Source of the DNA: Lytechinus pictus | Lineage: Eukaryota | DNA length: 64,000 bases | Assembly: GCF_037042905.1 (NCBI RefSeq) | Contig: NC_087251.1 | Location: forward strand, 44,084,001-44,148,000 | Direction of reading: 5' to 3' | Shown: positions 26,501 to 41,500 of the stretch, in pieces | How the letters are laid out: each line of letters starts with the position of its first letter | Numbering within the stretch: position 1 is the first letter of the stretch | Made by a program: the position numbers and the translations under genes | The notes under the pieces: generated by a model | The model's database searches: none | What the model was told of the DNA's origin: nothing | The model's input: the letters and a program-made list of their open reading frames with translations, nothing else

Positions 26501-29500
26501 AAGAAATTTAAAAAAAAACAGTTAAAACAAACATTGAAAAAAACAATTTGATTAAAATTCCTCAATTAAAGAAATAAGCAGTTCAAGGGCCTAATATTTA
26601 AAGATTTAAACCCAAACTTATATTTCATGCAATTGTGGGTACCCGGTAGGATGTGAAAGTCATTGTAGCTTGTCCAGTACTGTGTGCGCCTCACTAGCGA
26701 CTGACTGGAATACTACCCAGGGAGTGGAGGATGTGCATACATTGTGTGCGGGAATGACTGATTGAATCCGATGACTGGGTTAATAATATATCTGTAAAGC
26801 GCTTAGACACGTCGTTCCAATGTATTAAGCACTATATAAAAGCGGACTATTATTATTATTATTACTTAAAATTTGTATAATTGATACAAATGAAATAAAG
26901 CATATTGAATAAATGAAATTAAGCTTTGAAAGCCTATAGTCTATAGATTATGTTGTTTTCTTACATAGTGCAACTTCTTCTCACCCCTATAGATTGATAA
27001 GACTAAAAAAAACCTGAGACTACCTGTATGAGGAATAAACTTATGAAATGTCAACTTAATTTTTTGGCATTCCATTTCCTTGATTTAGTAATTTTGGGAA
27101 AAATATGAACTTTTCTGTTGAAAATTCAGTAACAAAAATTGTAGTCATCTCTTAATACTCCAAAAATGTAATTAAAACATCAAGAGCTTAAATCATATTG
27201 TATTAAGTGTATAATTTAATTGATTTACAGGAAAATTACATCGTTCGTTGGAAAAAAAACGTTTTAAAACGATTTAAAACGTTTTAAAACAATAAAAAAC
27301 GTTTTATTTGTTTTTTTTAATAAAAAACGTTTTTTATTACAACCCTGACGTTGGGGGTATTTTTTGAATTGCCATCATATCTCTATAAGTGTATTGGTCT
27401 AGTTCATAAAACGTGGAAATAAGAGTAACCAAGTATCACTGAACATCTTGTGCGAGTTATAGTAGTTTTCAAAATCAGCACTGCTGCTACATTGAATCGC
27501 GTGATGCAGGTGAGACGGCCAGAGGCATTCCACTTGTTCAAAATAACTGAGATATTGTTCAACACAGCATTTGTAGCTCATATCCTTGAAGGCGTGATAA
27601 TAATCTAGTCATATTTCAGGGTCAAAATGTCATTGTTGGGTTGTAGAAGTCACTGTATACATGAAAATAGGCTATTCCATGATCAGTAGCATTGCATTTA
27701 AACATTTATTCAAACTGTAAGTTACACTTGACTCTTTTTGAACCCCCCTCCCCCATGTAAATCTATAGTCACTCACCCTGGGGATGTGATACATTAATGA
27801 ATTAAAAGTACACAAGTGCTATCAAAGCTGTGGTGAAAACTTGCTTTTAAGAAATTGTTCTGATGGTGTGAAACATACTTGTACATTCTTTCTTCCACAC
27901 CACAGTTTCTCAATGTGCCAATGTTCAGGAATGTCACGCTCAAGTGCCTGACGGAGATTGCTGGTGTGAATGTCAGCCAATATGAACAGCAGTTTGTTGT
28001 GCTCTTCACTCTGACCATGACACAACTGAAACAGGTAGGCTCTCAAAACAATTGATCACTTCATAGCCAGTATACAAACAATATTCCTGGGGACTGTTAA
28101 ACGAAAGTTGTCGGAATTGAAAATCCTTGGTTTTGATTCGCTAAGAATCTCTGTTATCTGACAATTTCATTTTCATTTTTATTTATTGTTTCTGCAACTT
28201 GTCATATACATCATTTCTATTTATTGTTTCTGCAACTTTTCATATACAAACTATAAAGAAAATACATAGTTCATAAGAAAATGTTTAACAATAATTTAAA
28301 GAATATGGATTTGTTATTGCTGACAACTTTCATGGAATGTTGGCCCCAGTGTATATTATTTCATGCTTTCTGCTGTGGTTATTTGAATGGGAATGTGTGG
28401 ACAGGGAATTTACCCTTTATGTTGTGTATTAATTTACTCATCCTTCAATAGTAAAGAAGAAACCCCAGAGCAGTTCATAATAATTTTATCAACATTTAGA
28501 TGATGATAAAACACATCTCTTAGATATAAATGATTGATGCAAGGCTGCCTGAAAAGTGTGGCTACATGTAGTTATTTTAACAGCTAATAAAGAATTGTCC
28601 AAAGAACAGTGTGTAGTACTACTTCTACCTTACTTGTAATGCCCCATGAATATTACTTCTTCTACCACCACAAAGTTCATGTACACGCTTCTACAATTGC
28701 TACAACCTTCACTATGGCAACTACTGCTGCTGCTGCTAATACTTTTCCATTAATTTACTGCTACTGCTATATGGACTTTTGCATGCACTTTTGCCACCAC
28801 CATCCTCTATTATGACAATATTTGTATTTGTATCGACAGATGCTCCCTCTCGACACAGACATCAGGCAAGCTTATGCTAATGGTAGAGACGAAGAGCAGA
28901 ATTTCATCCAGAATCTCAGTCTCTTCCTCTGTACGTTCTTCAAGGAACATGTGGAACTTATTGAGAAGAAACCAGAGTTTCATGAAATTCTCCTTGAGGT
29001 GAGATAGACAATAAATATTTGAAATATCTCTAGTACATCCACATCAAATTATGGTCAAGGCTTAGAAAGAAAAAAATATATCTTATAATTATAACTTATA
29101 TTATTACATACCTTTTATTCCTGGATTTATGTTATGGTATTGTACCTTTAATTTCTCAATTTTTGATTTATTTATATATTACAATCACAAAGTGATACCG
29201 GTAATTACAATGATGATAATAAGAGCTGGATTTATTTAGCACTTTTTGCCTGAGGATACAAAGCTCTGCTATTATTACCCCGGGTTGAGCTCGAGCTACT
29301 ACTTTTCAACGGTGCTCAGATCATTCAAGGAATTAATGAATAACTTCAGACTACCATAGTCTTAGTTCTTTCAACTTTTTAGTATTTATCCAGCTAATTT
29401 TTTTTGTTGTTCTTGTTTTAAGTCTAATCCCGTACCCAAATAAAGAAGAAAAAATACATCAAAATTTGTTTCAAGCGCTGGTATCCATGCATTCATTTTT

Positions 29501-32500
29501 CTTGTGTAGGCGCACCACTACCTCCTCCTGATTTCCGAGGTGGAAGAAACAGAAATCTTCAAAATCTGCCTGGAGTACTGGAATACCTTATCATCAGAGT
29601 TATACAGAGAGAGTCCATTCCCATCCACTCCTTCATCTCCCCTGCTGCTGGGGAGCGCCAACAACAGTGTTCCGCCTCGCAGGCAGCTATATCTGAAATC
29701 ACTTACAAGAGTAAGTCATTATGGAGGCAAAAAATATATATATATATATTTTTAATTATCGGGGGCTTCGTTTCTCAACTTCCTGCCTATATCTGCTGCA
29801 TTGGATAAGTTTTAAAATTGCAAGAATGGGGATTTCCAGGGCTCCTCTTTTTTTTTCTTTTTTCTTCTTTTCTTTGCAGGGCTCTTTTGAACACTGGGGG
29901 CTTAAGTTGCCCCCAGCCCCGGTTTCACTTTTGCCCTGGTATCCGGTCTTTAAAATTGTCAATAGTAATATATTCTTGCATCTGTATAACATATTCCTCT
30001 GTCTACCTCTGGATTTTCAAATAGTAAAGAACTCACTTTTTGAAGTTGACAATTTATTCAAGATTAATTTATAGTTTTGTGAAAGGAGATCAATGGATAT
30101 AACAAGAAGTAAGGAGGCATACATTGTATTTATTTGTATAAGGTAATTAAGTGAATATCTATCTGAGAGGGGGAGAGATAATGTCAAAGTAGAAAAGACA
30201 AGTCTCACAGTACAATATATTTTTCAATTCATTTTCATGTTTGATTATGAGATATGATATGTCTATGTAACATCTCCCTTTATGTTCACTGCTAGAACCA
30301 TCCTGTGAATAAAAATATCACTTATTTGCAATAACATTCTGTCTAGATGTGGATTTATATCCTATGTGACATTACTATTATCTTTTTTTTTTTTTTTAGG
30401 TGAGAAAAGTAATGATTTCTCGAATGGCCAAGCCTGAAGAAGTACTTGTGGTTGAGAATGATCAAGGAGAGGTCGTAAGGGAATTCATGAAAGACACAGA
30501 TTCCATCAACATGTACAAAAATATGAGGGAAACTCTTGGTAAGTTGAGTCAAAGTCAACGAGGATTCACCCAAGCACCCTTTATTGCAAGATGCTTCCAT
30601 TCATTTGTGCAGAAGAAGGTTATCTTGTATGTTTGTTTCCTGTGGGCGAGTCGTCATTATCAGCCGTTGATCCATATATGTGTTGTTTGTTTTGAATAAG
30701 TATCTTGTTGAATTTCATAGTCCTTGCCCTCCTACTTACATTGTATGATTTCCTTTTCTCAATGTCCAGTGTACCTGACCCATTTAGACTACGCAGATAC
30801 AGAAACCATCATGACGGACAAGCTTTTACTTCAAGTCAATGGGCAGGAGTGGTCATGGAAAAACCTGAACACAGTAAGTTCATTTTGTAATCGCATGTCA
30901 ACTGAAAAAGACATTGTTTTTAAGGAATTTGTGTACAAACAAATGAAACACTGATTTCACACAAATTGACACAAAATATACTAATTTTGTATCCCAAGTC
31001 ATTTTGATCATACTTTCTTGTTTGTAATCGATCAAAATTATTTCTTGAACACAATTAACCTTAAAAAACAATAGGGTGTATAGGAATATAAAGAAATAGA
31101 ATGCTCAAGAAATTGACCAGACAATGAATAACAAATTTGATATTTATATGTTGGAAATGTGTTACACAAATTTCTGCGAAGTATTCGGCAAGAAAACAAC
31201 TAATTTGAAGGAGAGCATAAATGTCCAGAAAAATAAACTTTAAAAAAACTATGTAGCAAAACCCTTTTTACAAATAAGGGCTGTGCAACATTGTGTAACA
31301 ATCAGACCTTCGCAGCCAAAAGTTGAAATTGAGGGCAGTCAAATTGACATTCCCCCACCAAAAAACTTGTTGAAATGAGAATGATTGGTATGATATTTCT
31401 TTTGTGGAATCGTTTGATAGCTTTGCTGGGCAATAGGATCCATCAGTGGTGCCATGCATGAGGAAGACGAGAAACGATTCCTGGTTCAAGTCATCAAGGA
31501 ACTCTTGGGACTGTGCGAACAGAAACGAGGAAAGGACAACAAGGCTATCATAGCATCCAACATCATGTATGTTGTTGGGCAGTATCCCAGATTCCTGAGA
31601 GCGCACTGGAAGTTCCTCAAGACAGTTGTGAACAAGCTCTTTGAGTTCATGCACGGTGAGCATTAAGCGGTTAACTTGTTGTGTTTGTTGTGGGAGGGAA
31701 GTTTGCATCGTCATCTGACGAATCAGTAATATGGTTAGACCCTCAAAACAAACAAAAGTTTTGAAAATTCATTTACAGGCATCTGGTGACACAACACATG
31801 CTCCTGTGACATTTGGTCTTAATATCTTAGAGGGCATAGGGATAGACTTAGGATTGTAATAGAGTTTTGGGTTAAGAATAATGTAAAGATAACAATAAGG
31901 GTTTATTTAGTTTTGGAGGTTAGGTTTTACGTTTGGCCTAACTTGCAGATTTATTTTCCATCGGATTAATTGGCGCCAGTCATTCAACCATCCATCTTCA
32001 CATATGACTTCTCAAGCTTTGACTCGAGATTGATAAAGACATGGCTTTTATTATTACCAACTGTGCATGTGGGGGGGGGTATAATTTTAATGCTTTTTTT
32101 TTCCATTTTCTTTTAGTTTCACAAATCTTCTGATTCCAAGTTTGCGATTACCAGAAGAGGGGTTGCAAGCCATGTCTGATTATGTTATAGCATGTTGGCT
32201 TAAAAACAGACAAACAAAAATACCTTTGCATAGATTTATACAAATGAATGAATGAAAATGATACTTTTTGTTTATTACTACAAATCACTGAACCCTACTG
32301 TATAGACTTATACAAATGAATGAATGAAAATAATACTTATTGTAAATTACTACATATCACTGAACCCTACTGTAAATGAGACCTGCAATCATTACTCATT
32401 TTAGTTATGATTCTTTTTGTGTACATGGGTTAAACTGTGTATTATACATCTATGTATTTATTTTGTTTGGTTTATTTTGTTTTATGTGTGGATGTTTGTT

Positions 32501-35500
32501 ACGGCAAGCTGATGTTTGTGACGCTGTTTTGTTTTTGATTCATGCATGATTTGTACAAAGTTTTTGTTGAATTTGATGACACATGATTTTGTCAACGAAA
32601 TGTCATTAATTATCCATATTTATTCACATGTATCATCAGATTGGCATACGGTGGAAGAGAAAACAGATTGTGATAGTGAGTGAACAGACATGAGAGATTG
32701 ATATGCATGCGTGAATCAAAAACAAATCATTGCGTACGGTATGGTTGTCTTGACAGTGCATGTTCTTTGTTTTCAAACCTAAAACAATTTGAATTGATTT
32801 AACAACCATGCTCTTATTATTTTGAAATGATTGTTAACCTTATACATTTACGAACAAGACTCGACAGGATTTATGCTGTATTATTTTTTTTTTAATGAAT
32901 TTGTATGAATTGAGACAGTGACATTAGAGTACCTACATGTATGAAGCAGAAAACAATGCTTAGAAGAGGTCTCTGTTTAGGCATATGGTCATTAGTGCAT
33001 GTCTGTGTATCATGTATGATATTATAAGGGAACAGTGTCTTTGTGCATGCATTAAAGCCCAATTAGAGTTTTGAGAGGCCCTGAAAATTATTTGTGATGT
33101 TTTCTCGTGTTCTGATTCTCAGTTGAAAGAGAAAAGTACAACCAAGACGTAGAATTATTTACATCAAGTAGAATATTTAAAGCAGATAAAAGGTGAAAGA
33201 TGATTAATTTTTCCTTTTGCTAGTTGGCCAAGAAAAAAAATATATATAACTCAAACAGTGTACAGATCTGCAGTGAACAATTAATTGGCCCCTAGATTTT
33301 TCTTTATGCCTGGTTTTCTATTGGTTACAATGTCATGTACAGATAGGATTAAAACAAAAACTAAAAAATCAGAATATGTACATGTCTAAAACTAATCAGA
33401 ACTATTTTGGTATGCCAAAGAGTATGAAGCATAATGTGGGAGCATAAAGAGCCAAATTTAGTCCAGAAAGCAATGTTACTTGTTGCACTCATTTAATGAC
33501 TGAAATTTAATGGTTACTCACAGATCTTTATACAATGTATTGGTGATAGTAGATTGTACGAGCTGCTTTGTGCAATCATACTCTCACTACCAAATCTGGA
33601 TTTGAGCCTTGAAGTTTACTTTCTCCTCATTGTGGTCACTATTAAGTTCAATTTATGTTGATGATAGATTTATTATTCCATGACTGTAATGACATCATTC
33701 ATTGGGTATTATTGCCTAATTTTATCAGACTTGCACAATCAAAGAACATATTGCAGCGATGCATTCAGTCTGTACTTGGTTGCACTCTGGCCAAACCTTT
33801 ATTCCGTGGCTTGTGTTGTGTGTTTTGATCAAGATATTGTGATTTCTATGAATTTCCTCTTCAGAAACCCATGATGGTGTACAGGACATGGCCTGTGATA
33901 CTTTCATCAAGATTGCCCAGAAATGTCGACGTCATTTTGTGCAAGTGCAGGTCGGGGAGGTGATGCCCTTTGTGGACGAGATCCTCAATAACATCAACAC
34001 AATCATCTGTGATTTACAGCCACAACAGGTGAGAAAAGTCTACCAGTAAAGGCCCAGTCACATCGTTCCGTGCAAGCCTTGCGTGTGACTTGCGGGTAAC
34101 TATTTTTGCTACCCGCAAGTCGGCCGCAATGACAGTATCTCACACGCGGAAGCGCATGTAAGTCTGATTTGCACACAGAAAAGTTTTTTACATGCTCAAA
34201 ACATATTTGCGGGTGAGTTGCGTGCAATTACCCTCAACTCACCCGCAAGGCTTGCACGGAACAATGTGACAGGGCCTTAAGCAATGTTCAGAAAACATTA
34301 ACCTCAATATCATTACATGATCTCTACACACTCTGTACCTTGCATCTCTGGAATATTATAAGGAAACTTGGAATAAATGGGATTATACATGATAAACTAT
34401 AAATCACAACATTACCTCTATCTTGAAATATGCATACATGTTCCCAAATGAAACACTTGGAACTAAGATTACCAGTTAATATTGTGGCCCAGAGCTGCAC
34501 ATTGATTTTCCTGGATGAAGTAACTTATTATCTACTGCGCATACAGTTTGTACAATATGAATGTCTCATCACAGGCTGCTTCTTTCAGCCCATGTCCTAA
34601 TTAACTTTGACCGTCATAGGATCAGAGTAGACAAATAGGAAGAGAATGTCATTCAGATGACAATAACAGTCACATGTTTAATAGTGAATTCACTGACTAA
34701 CCAATGAATATCCGTCTCTTTGTTGGTCCATGATGAAACAGAGTTTGATAGGTGTTTTCAATTTTTTACATTGTTCTTTAAATATCTTTAAATATGTGAT
34801 AACCTGTAAAACAGATTCACGCAACTTAGCTCAACTTATAGATATGGCTCGTCTTTTAATTAAGATCCAGGGGTGAATGTATAATAAATGATGAATGAAT
34901 ATGAATGCAAAATCTATCTAGATGTATTTAATTTTTCAGTGATTTGATATAATTTAAATGACAGTGATTATGAATGCCTATCATCATTGTCCGTCTTGGC
35001 CCATATAGGTTCATACATTCTATGAAGCAGTTGGCTACATGATCAGTGCACAAACTGAAAGCATCGCCCAGGAACACTTGGTTGAGAAATACATGCTTTT
35101 ACCAAATCAAGTGTGGGATAACGTCATCCAAGGAGCTACAAAGGTATGTATATCGCAATTGATACACCTTGTACTTTCTCTTGGTAAATCCTGCATTATG
35201 GGAGCATTTATTTCTTGTTGTAATTTTCAATTTGTATCTTTATCCTTCTCAAACAAAGTTATGTAAAACGAAAATTATTTTGATTTGCTATAATTGATTT
35301 ATTATTATTTGTAACGCTGAAAAGCAGAGTTCATGTCAATGAAATCCCAAATAGTTTGGAAAAAGAAATGCATGTATTTGATTGATACATTGCTGTACCA
35401 TGTGCTGAGTGTCTATTATCATTTTTTATATTCCTTTTCCTCTATTTTCTTTAGAATGTTGACAAGCTTCAGGAGCATGATGTTGTCAAACAGCTTGGAA

Positions 35501-38500
35501 GTATTCTCAAGACCAATGTTAGGGCGTGTAAGGCAATCGGTCATCCTTTTGTAATACAGGTGAGACACCTTAAAATTTATCATGTTCAGCGTCTATATCA
35601 GTCATTGGGCGAGTGTAATGATGCAGGTTATCTAGGCATTCTCTTAACCTAAGAATACATTTTGTAAAGGCCAGTCTATATAAAATGTTATGATTCTGAT
35701 CAGATTGGCGATGAGTTTCGATTGTTATGTGTTTGTCATGAATGGCTAAGCTTATCTGGAGGAAGTTGCTTGTATTTATAGTTTGAGGATTTTCCTTCTG
35801 CCAAAGGTTCATGGCTGAGGTAATTTCATTTTAGCATTTTCAAAACAACTTTCAAAATTAACTTTGTGATATTCAATTATTGATTTATCTCTTATCAAAA
35901 TAATGTTCATTATCTTTATCCTTTCACGATGTTAAGTTATCTATATATATGTAATATTTTAGTGTGTAATTAGATTAACATACGTGTGGGAGCATATGCC
36001 ACTGAGTGGCAATTTACTTTTGTAAACATGAACAGCTTTGGTTTGGGTTGTTCATTCCAATTTTAAGAGAACAGTTGGAGAATGATGACTTTAATACTGC
36101 TATTCCAATAATAATAATAATAAAATAGAGTTTTTCTAAAGCGCCAAATCCACATTGATTATGTGCTCAAGGCGCTGAATAAAGGAAATAAGAAAGATGA
36201 CATGGAGTGGGAAGATCCATTCCAAGGGTTACGAGTACTTCTACAAGATTCACCAGATCATTGAACTACTGTTCGTATACTTCTTCTTTTTTTTTTACTT
36301 TGAAAGGTGTATCCCAAATTGGCTTTCTTTTCATTATACTGAGTTCCAATTTCCTATTTTTGCCCCTACTAAATGTAATCTTTTATATGGATATGTATCA
36401 GCTCGGGTTGCAAATGGCTGGAAACAAAGTTTGGGGGATTTTTTAGCTGCCAGGAATTTTGCAACCCAAGTATTAACATACTACTGTTTATGGATTCAGT
36501 TCAATTGGTAGTATTATTGAAATATCTGTTTGTTATTTGCAGCTTGGAAGGATATACCTGGACATGCTAAATGTGTACAAGTGTATGAGTGAGAACATCT
36601 CGGGAGCTATCCAGCAGAACGGAGTACAAGTGACCAAACAGCCCGTCATCCGAAGTATGAGAACAGTCAAGAAGGAAACACTCAAGCTCATCTCTGGATG
36701 GGTCAGTCGGTCCAATGACCCACAAATGGTATGAGATGTTTAATCCCTTCCCCTCGGATCAAAATCCAATATAAATTTTATTCAACTTTGTAATGAAGGC
36801 TGAACTGCCATTGAATTCACAATGAGTAAACATACATTGCACATGCGTGAGGATGATTTCAATCACAGTAACAATACTTATTCAATTTTAAAATAATGAT
36901 TCAAATTCAAAAAATGATATTGATTTACAACAATGATTTCAGATTCATTTTTTTTTTCTTTTACATCATTTTTTGTTGCCCTCCCCATATTATTGTTAAA
37001 ATCAACTCTTGCTTGTGTATCACTTATGCTTGCACTCGCCACGAGAGGCCTTTATATTCTGATCATGTATGCACTGGACTTAGAACAATACTGCCAAAGC
37101 ATGGCATCTCAAAGCGCTTTCTTTATCTCGTTTAAAAAGGAACCAGAGTCTCAGAAAAGATATAGATAGATATTAACTACTTGTTTTTCTCAACGTTCAT
37201 ATTGATGTATCGTATGCTGACTCTATTTCGTATGATTCCACTTAAAAGATATTGTAATAATCATGTTAAGAGTAAAAGCTGTCATACTCTATACTTGTAA
37301 TTGATTTTGATGTTCTCAGGTCTGTGAAAACTTCATCCCTCCATTACTGGAAACAGTCTTAGTTGATTACGGAAATAATGTTCCAGATTCACGAGAACCG
37401 GAAGTACTCAGTACCATGGCAACTATTGTAAACAAGCTAGAGGTAGGTATATCAGCAAACTCTTGTAAACATGATTCGGGACAATTTTTTTTTAATGCAG
37501 AAAAAGACATTTACCCCATAGTCTAAATTCTGTTTCACTGCTGTTCTTGTGTAACTATATCTAAAATTCAACACAGAGGCTGTCTTGATAGATTGAATTT
37601 AAAACACTCCTTGTTGTCCTCATTAAACCTTATAAAGTTTTATTGACTTTAAATTCGATATTCTTTTTTTTTTCTATTTACCCATCATAAAATCCCTGTT
37701 GAAAGCAAAGTCATTTCTTATGGTCCCAAGTACCTTGAGGACAAATTTCCCTCCAAAGTGGCAAGAAAACCACCATTAATTGTGTGTGGGCTTAATACAA
37801 AATGGAATTTAGATTGAACAAATTTTATAAGAATTAAAAACCTGTCCAGAAATATATTTCCCCCCTGTTTCGATATTTCAAACAAAATATTTTGGGAAAA
37901 AATGTCTATTTGAATATTTATAAATCATTATTTCTATTATACTACCAGGGAAGCATCACAGGGGAGATTCCTACAATCTTCAACGCCGTCTTTGAGTGTA
38001 CCTTAGAGATGATCAACAAAGACTTTGAAGAGTTTCCTGAGCACAGAACAAACTTCTTCCTTCTCCTTCAAGCTGTCAACAACCATTGTTTCACAGCTCT
38101 TCTCAAGATCTCAGCCGTCCAATTCAAGCTCGTCCTCAACTCCATCGTATGGGCTGTCAAGCACACAATGAGGAATGTCGCGGACACGGGTACGTTTCTT
38201 TGAGACTGACTGCTTCCTTTACCAATTTACATCCAATTTTTAGGTATTCATTTAGTAAGATACTATAGAAATTAAATTGAAATCCAAGAATACCATACTA
38301 TCACGTATATGCATATGAATTTAGAATATGCCCTTTGCAAAATATAGAGAAAATATCAAGTGAAATAAAGTGTTTTTTAATACTTTGAATAATCAATAAT
38401 GATAATGTCATATTTACATAAGGTTCTCCCAGCAGCCACTGCTTTACATCATAATGTTATTATTACCCTCACTTCATTCTTATTAATTAGATGATAATTA

Positions 38501-41500
38501 TTTGTTAAATCCTCTGAAATAGTCCAGACATAAGGCTTAAGTTAGTTGTAACTTCATGTTTTTAAGGAGAAATGCTTTCAATAACATCACTCGCTTATAA
38601 ATTGTTCATAATCGCTATTCAAGGTAATAATTGAGTTTGTTGAAGAAACATATCATTACTCGGTATTGTTCGATATACACTGTTATTAATGATTAGTTGC
38701 CAGTGTGTTTTAGTTGTATGTACTAAGATAAATTTATATGTCTTCCCTATCTCATCCTACAGGTTTATCAATATTGTATGGATTGCTGCAGAATGTATGG
38801 CAAGATCCGACCGTAGCACAGAGCTTCTATCAGACATACTACACAGACATCTTACAACATGTGCTCTCGGTAGTCACAGATACATCGCACACAGCAGGTA
38901 AACAATAGTGATATTTATAGGGCACTTTATATGGATGTTTCAAAGTGCATCTGTGGGCTGACTTACTGATATAAACAATGAATCCATTAATGAAAAAAAT
39001 ACAAGGCTGGGATGGGTCGACTATATAATAATATCACTATACTAGTAATGGTTGTTGTTTTCCTCCTATTGACCATTTGATATGCCTGCCATCATGTTTA
39101 TGTTTATTTCTTCCTTTAGTAAATGAATTTCGCATGGAGTATAACATGCTAATATTAAGTAAAATCAAGTGAAAAAATTGCCTACATCTTTAATAAGTCT
39201 TCATTTTTTCACATTCTACAGTATGAATATGATATTTTAGATTGTGCCTGATTTCATATTTGTTAAGTTATTCAGAGTGGTGAATACCACCGCTCTGAAT
39301 AACTTAACAAATATGAAATCAAACACAATTCATTTACTACAGAAATTTTATGTCAGTGTTCTGTTATGTGAGTCTGCCTCAGTAAAATCTGTTTGAACTG
39401 TAGAAATATGTCCAACGTGGCCAAAATTTTACACAGAGGAGGGAGATACTACATGATTTGCATAACTTCACTGATAAATAAATACCTGCCAAACATTCAT
39501 ATTAAATAGGAATATTCCTAGTTTTGGGGGAAGAAAATTGTTTTGTTCTTTATTTTTAATCCCATTTCTATGAAAATCTTTCTGTAGTATTAAATAGGAA
39601 ATTTAAGAATGTTCCTATTTCTGGAAATTCCTTTGTTATTTGTCCTTATCTATTTCTTGACTATCAGTGTTAATAGGCATGTAAATATGGGCCCCGTCTT
39701 ACAAAGAGTCACGATTGACCCAATCAATCGTAACTCTATGGAAATCCATCAGTGTCATAATTTTTTCTACAGGAAATGTGCAAAATGTCCTTTGTAAACA
39801 AAGGAGAACACATCGAACTGTCAAGTAATCAATGAAATTATGGATGTACATTCATATCTAGAAAGATTTTGAGCAAACATGCATTGTATATGTTGACTTT
39901 GCTGGCTTTCCATAGTTGCGATAGTTCGGATCAATCGCAACTCTTTGTAAGACGGGCCCATGGTTTGATTTCTGTGTTAAGTACACTTATGCAGACTTGA
40001 CTGTTGTTTCATATTTTACGTTTGATTGCAGGTCTAACCCAGCATGCTACCATCCTGGCATACATGTTCAGCATTGTGGAAAACTCCAAGATCACCAAAC
40101 CTCTGAGTGCCACGCAAGGAGAGAGAAGCAATGAGCTCTATATCAAAGACTTCACTGCCGGCCTCCTCAAGGCTGCCTTCCCCCACTTACAAGCGTGAGT
40201 ACAATTGCTGGTTGACCTTGGGTATCTTGTCACAGGGGTGTGAGAGTTCAGATTTTTATCCGATTTCAGATTTTTTTTCGTTTTGATTTTCAGCTTATTT
40301 TTGGCTTTCCTCTGTACAAAAAGTATGGGAGCTCTTTCTATGTCAGACTTTTTCTACAAGTTTCAGCTTTTTTCAGATCTTTTTATTTGTGACCACTCAC
40401 ACCCCTGCCTTGTCAACAAAAGTTTGTGCCATGTCTTTAGCAGGAATCTCGCTTTAATGGCACTATGCATCTTTTTCCGAGCGGTTTTCCTGCATTCCTC
40501 ATTGTTTTGCCAGTGACGAAGTGTGAGAATTGGTAATGAAGGCAGTTTGCGAAATTTCCCACATGCAATTTTACACGCTTGAACAGTTAAGGAGAGTGGT
40601 CGACTGTCCTGTGTAATACCTGTGCCTATTCTAGCGATAATGTTCTGGTTCTAGATGGTAATGAGAATCAACTCGTGTATTTGGGGGGGGGGGGTGGGGT
40701 CATACTTCTGAGGAAAGATTATCAAAATTTGTAACTACCATATGTTACATGTATATATGTTTTGATGTTTGTAGGCCTCAGATCAAGTTGTTTGTGACTG
40801 GACTGTTCAGCTTGAACCAAGACATACCAGCATTCAAGGAACATCTGAGGGATTTCTTGGTGCAAATCAAGGTAAAGTCAACAGTTTCCTTCCTTTGAAG
40901 GCTTCCATGACATTTGCTCAGACTGCGACAATTGCTCGATTATAAGACCATATTGTTAGTAGACCAAGTGGATACATATCCCATATTCATATGATGCAAT
41001 ACAACTATATTTGTTGGTGATCTTGTCAATAGCAATATCTCAGTGTTAAAACATTTATTTGTTACCAAAATGTGTGAGAGAAAGAAGATGTAAGTTGATC
41101 ATTTGCTGTATGTTATGGTCATTTTTTTAAATAGAATTATGTTTGAATAAATCAGCCTTTTTTAAATGAGTTGAAGTCATTTTTCAGACCAGGTTTTTCA
41201 AATCATATTCATTTGCATGAAAGTCCTAAGTCAAACAGATTTCTGTGGTCCAAACGTGGAGTAGTTTTGACAGAGCAGAATGTGATTTTAATTGGAATCC
41301 ATGGTTGTTTTTTTTTAGGTATATCCAAAGAAGTTTGTTTGCAGGAGCCGTTTTCAATCTTCATTCATTTCAATTTCCTGTGAAGTTCGCTCCAATAAAT
41401 GAAAAAAAGTGCCTGATTTTATACATCAGTGCAGTGTGATGATGTGAAAATCAGAGCTGCCAAGTAGAACTGGTTTTCAGTAATTATTACTGAAAAATGA

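Larger units (their letters stand above)
25055..27347. mobile_element. hAT-like DNA transposon derivative nested in the HINE
   Basis: TIR cagggttg / caaccctg; subterminal gttttaaaac repeats at both ends; target acgtt duplicated. Confidence 0.75.
24278..27538 (+). mobile_element. HINE/DINE-1-like element, copy 2 (interrupted at 25055-27347)
   Basis: Near-identical to 53396-54355 on both sides of the insertion. Confidence 0.85.

Noticed and set aside
31268..31714. 148-aa minus-strand ORF
   Set aside because: Antisense shadow of XPO1 exon 12.
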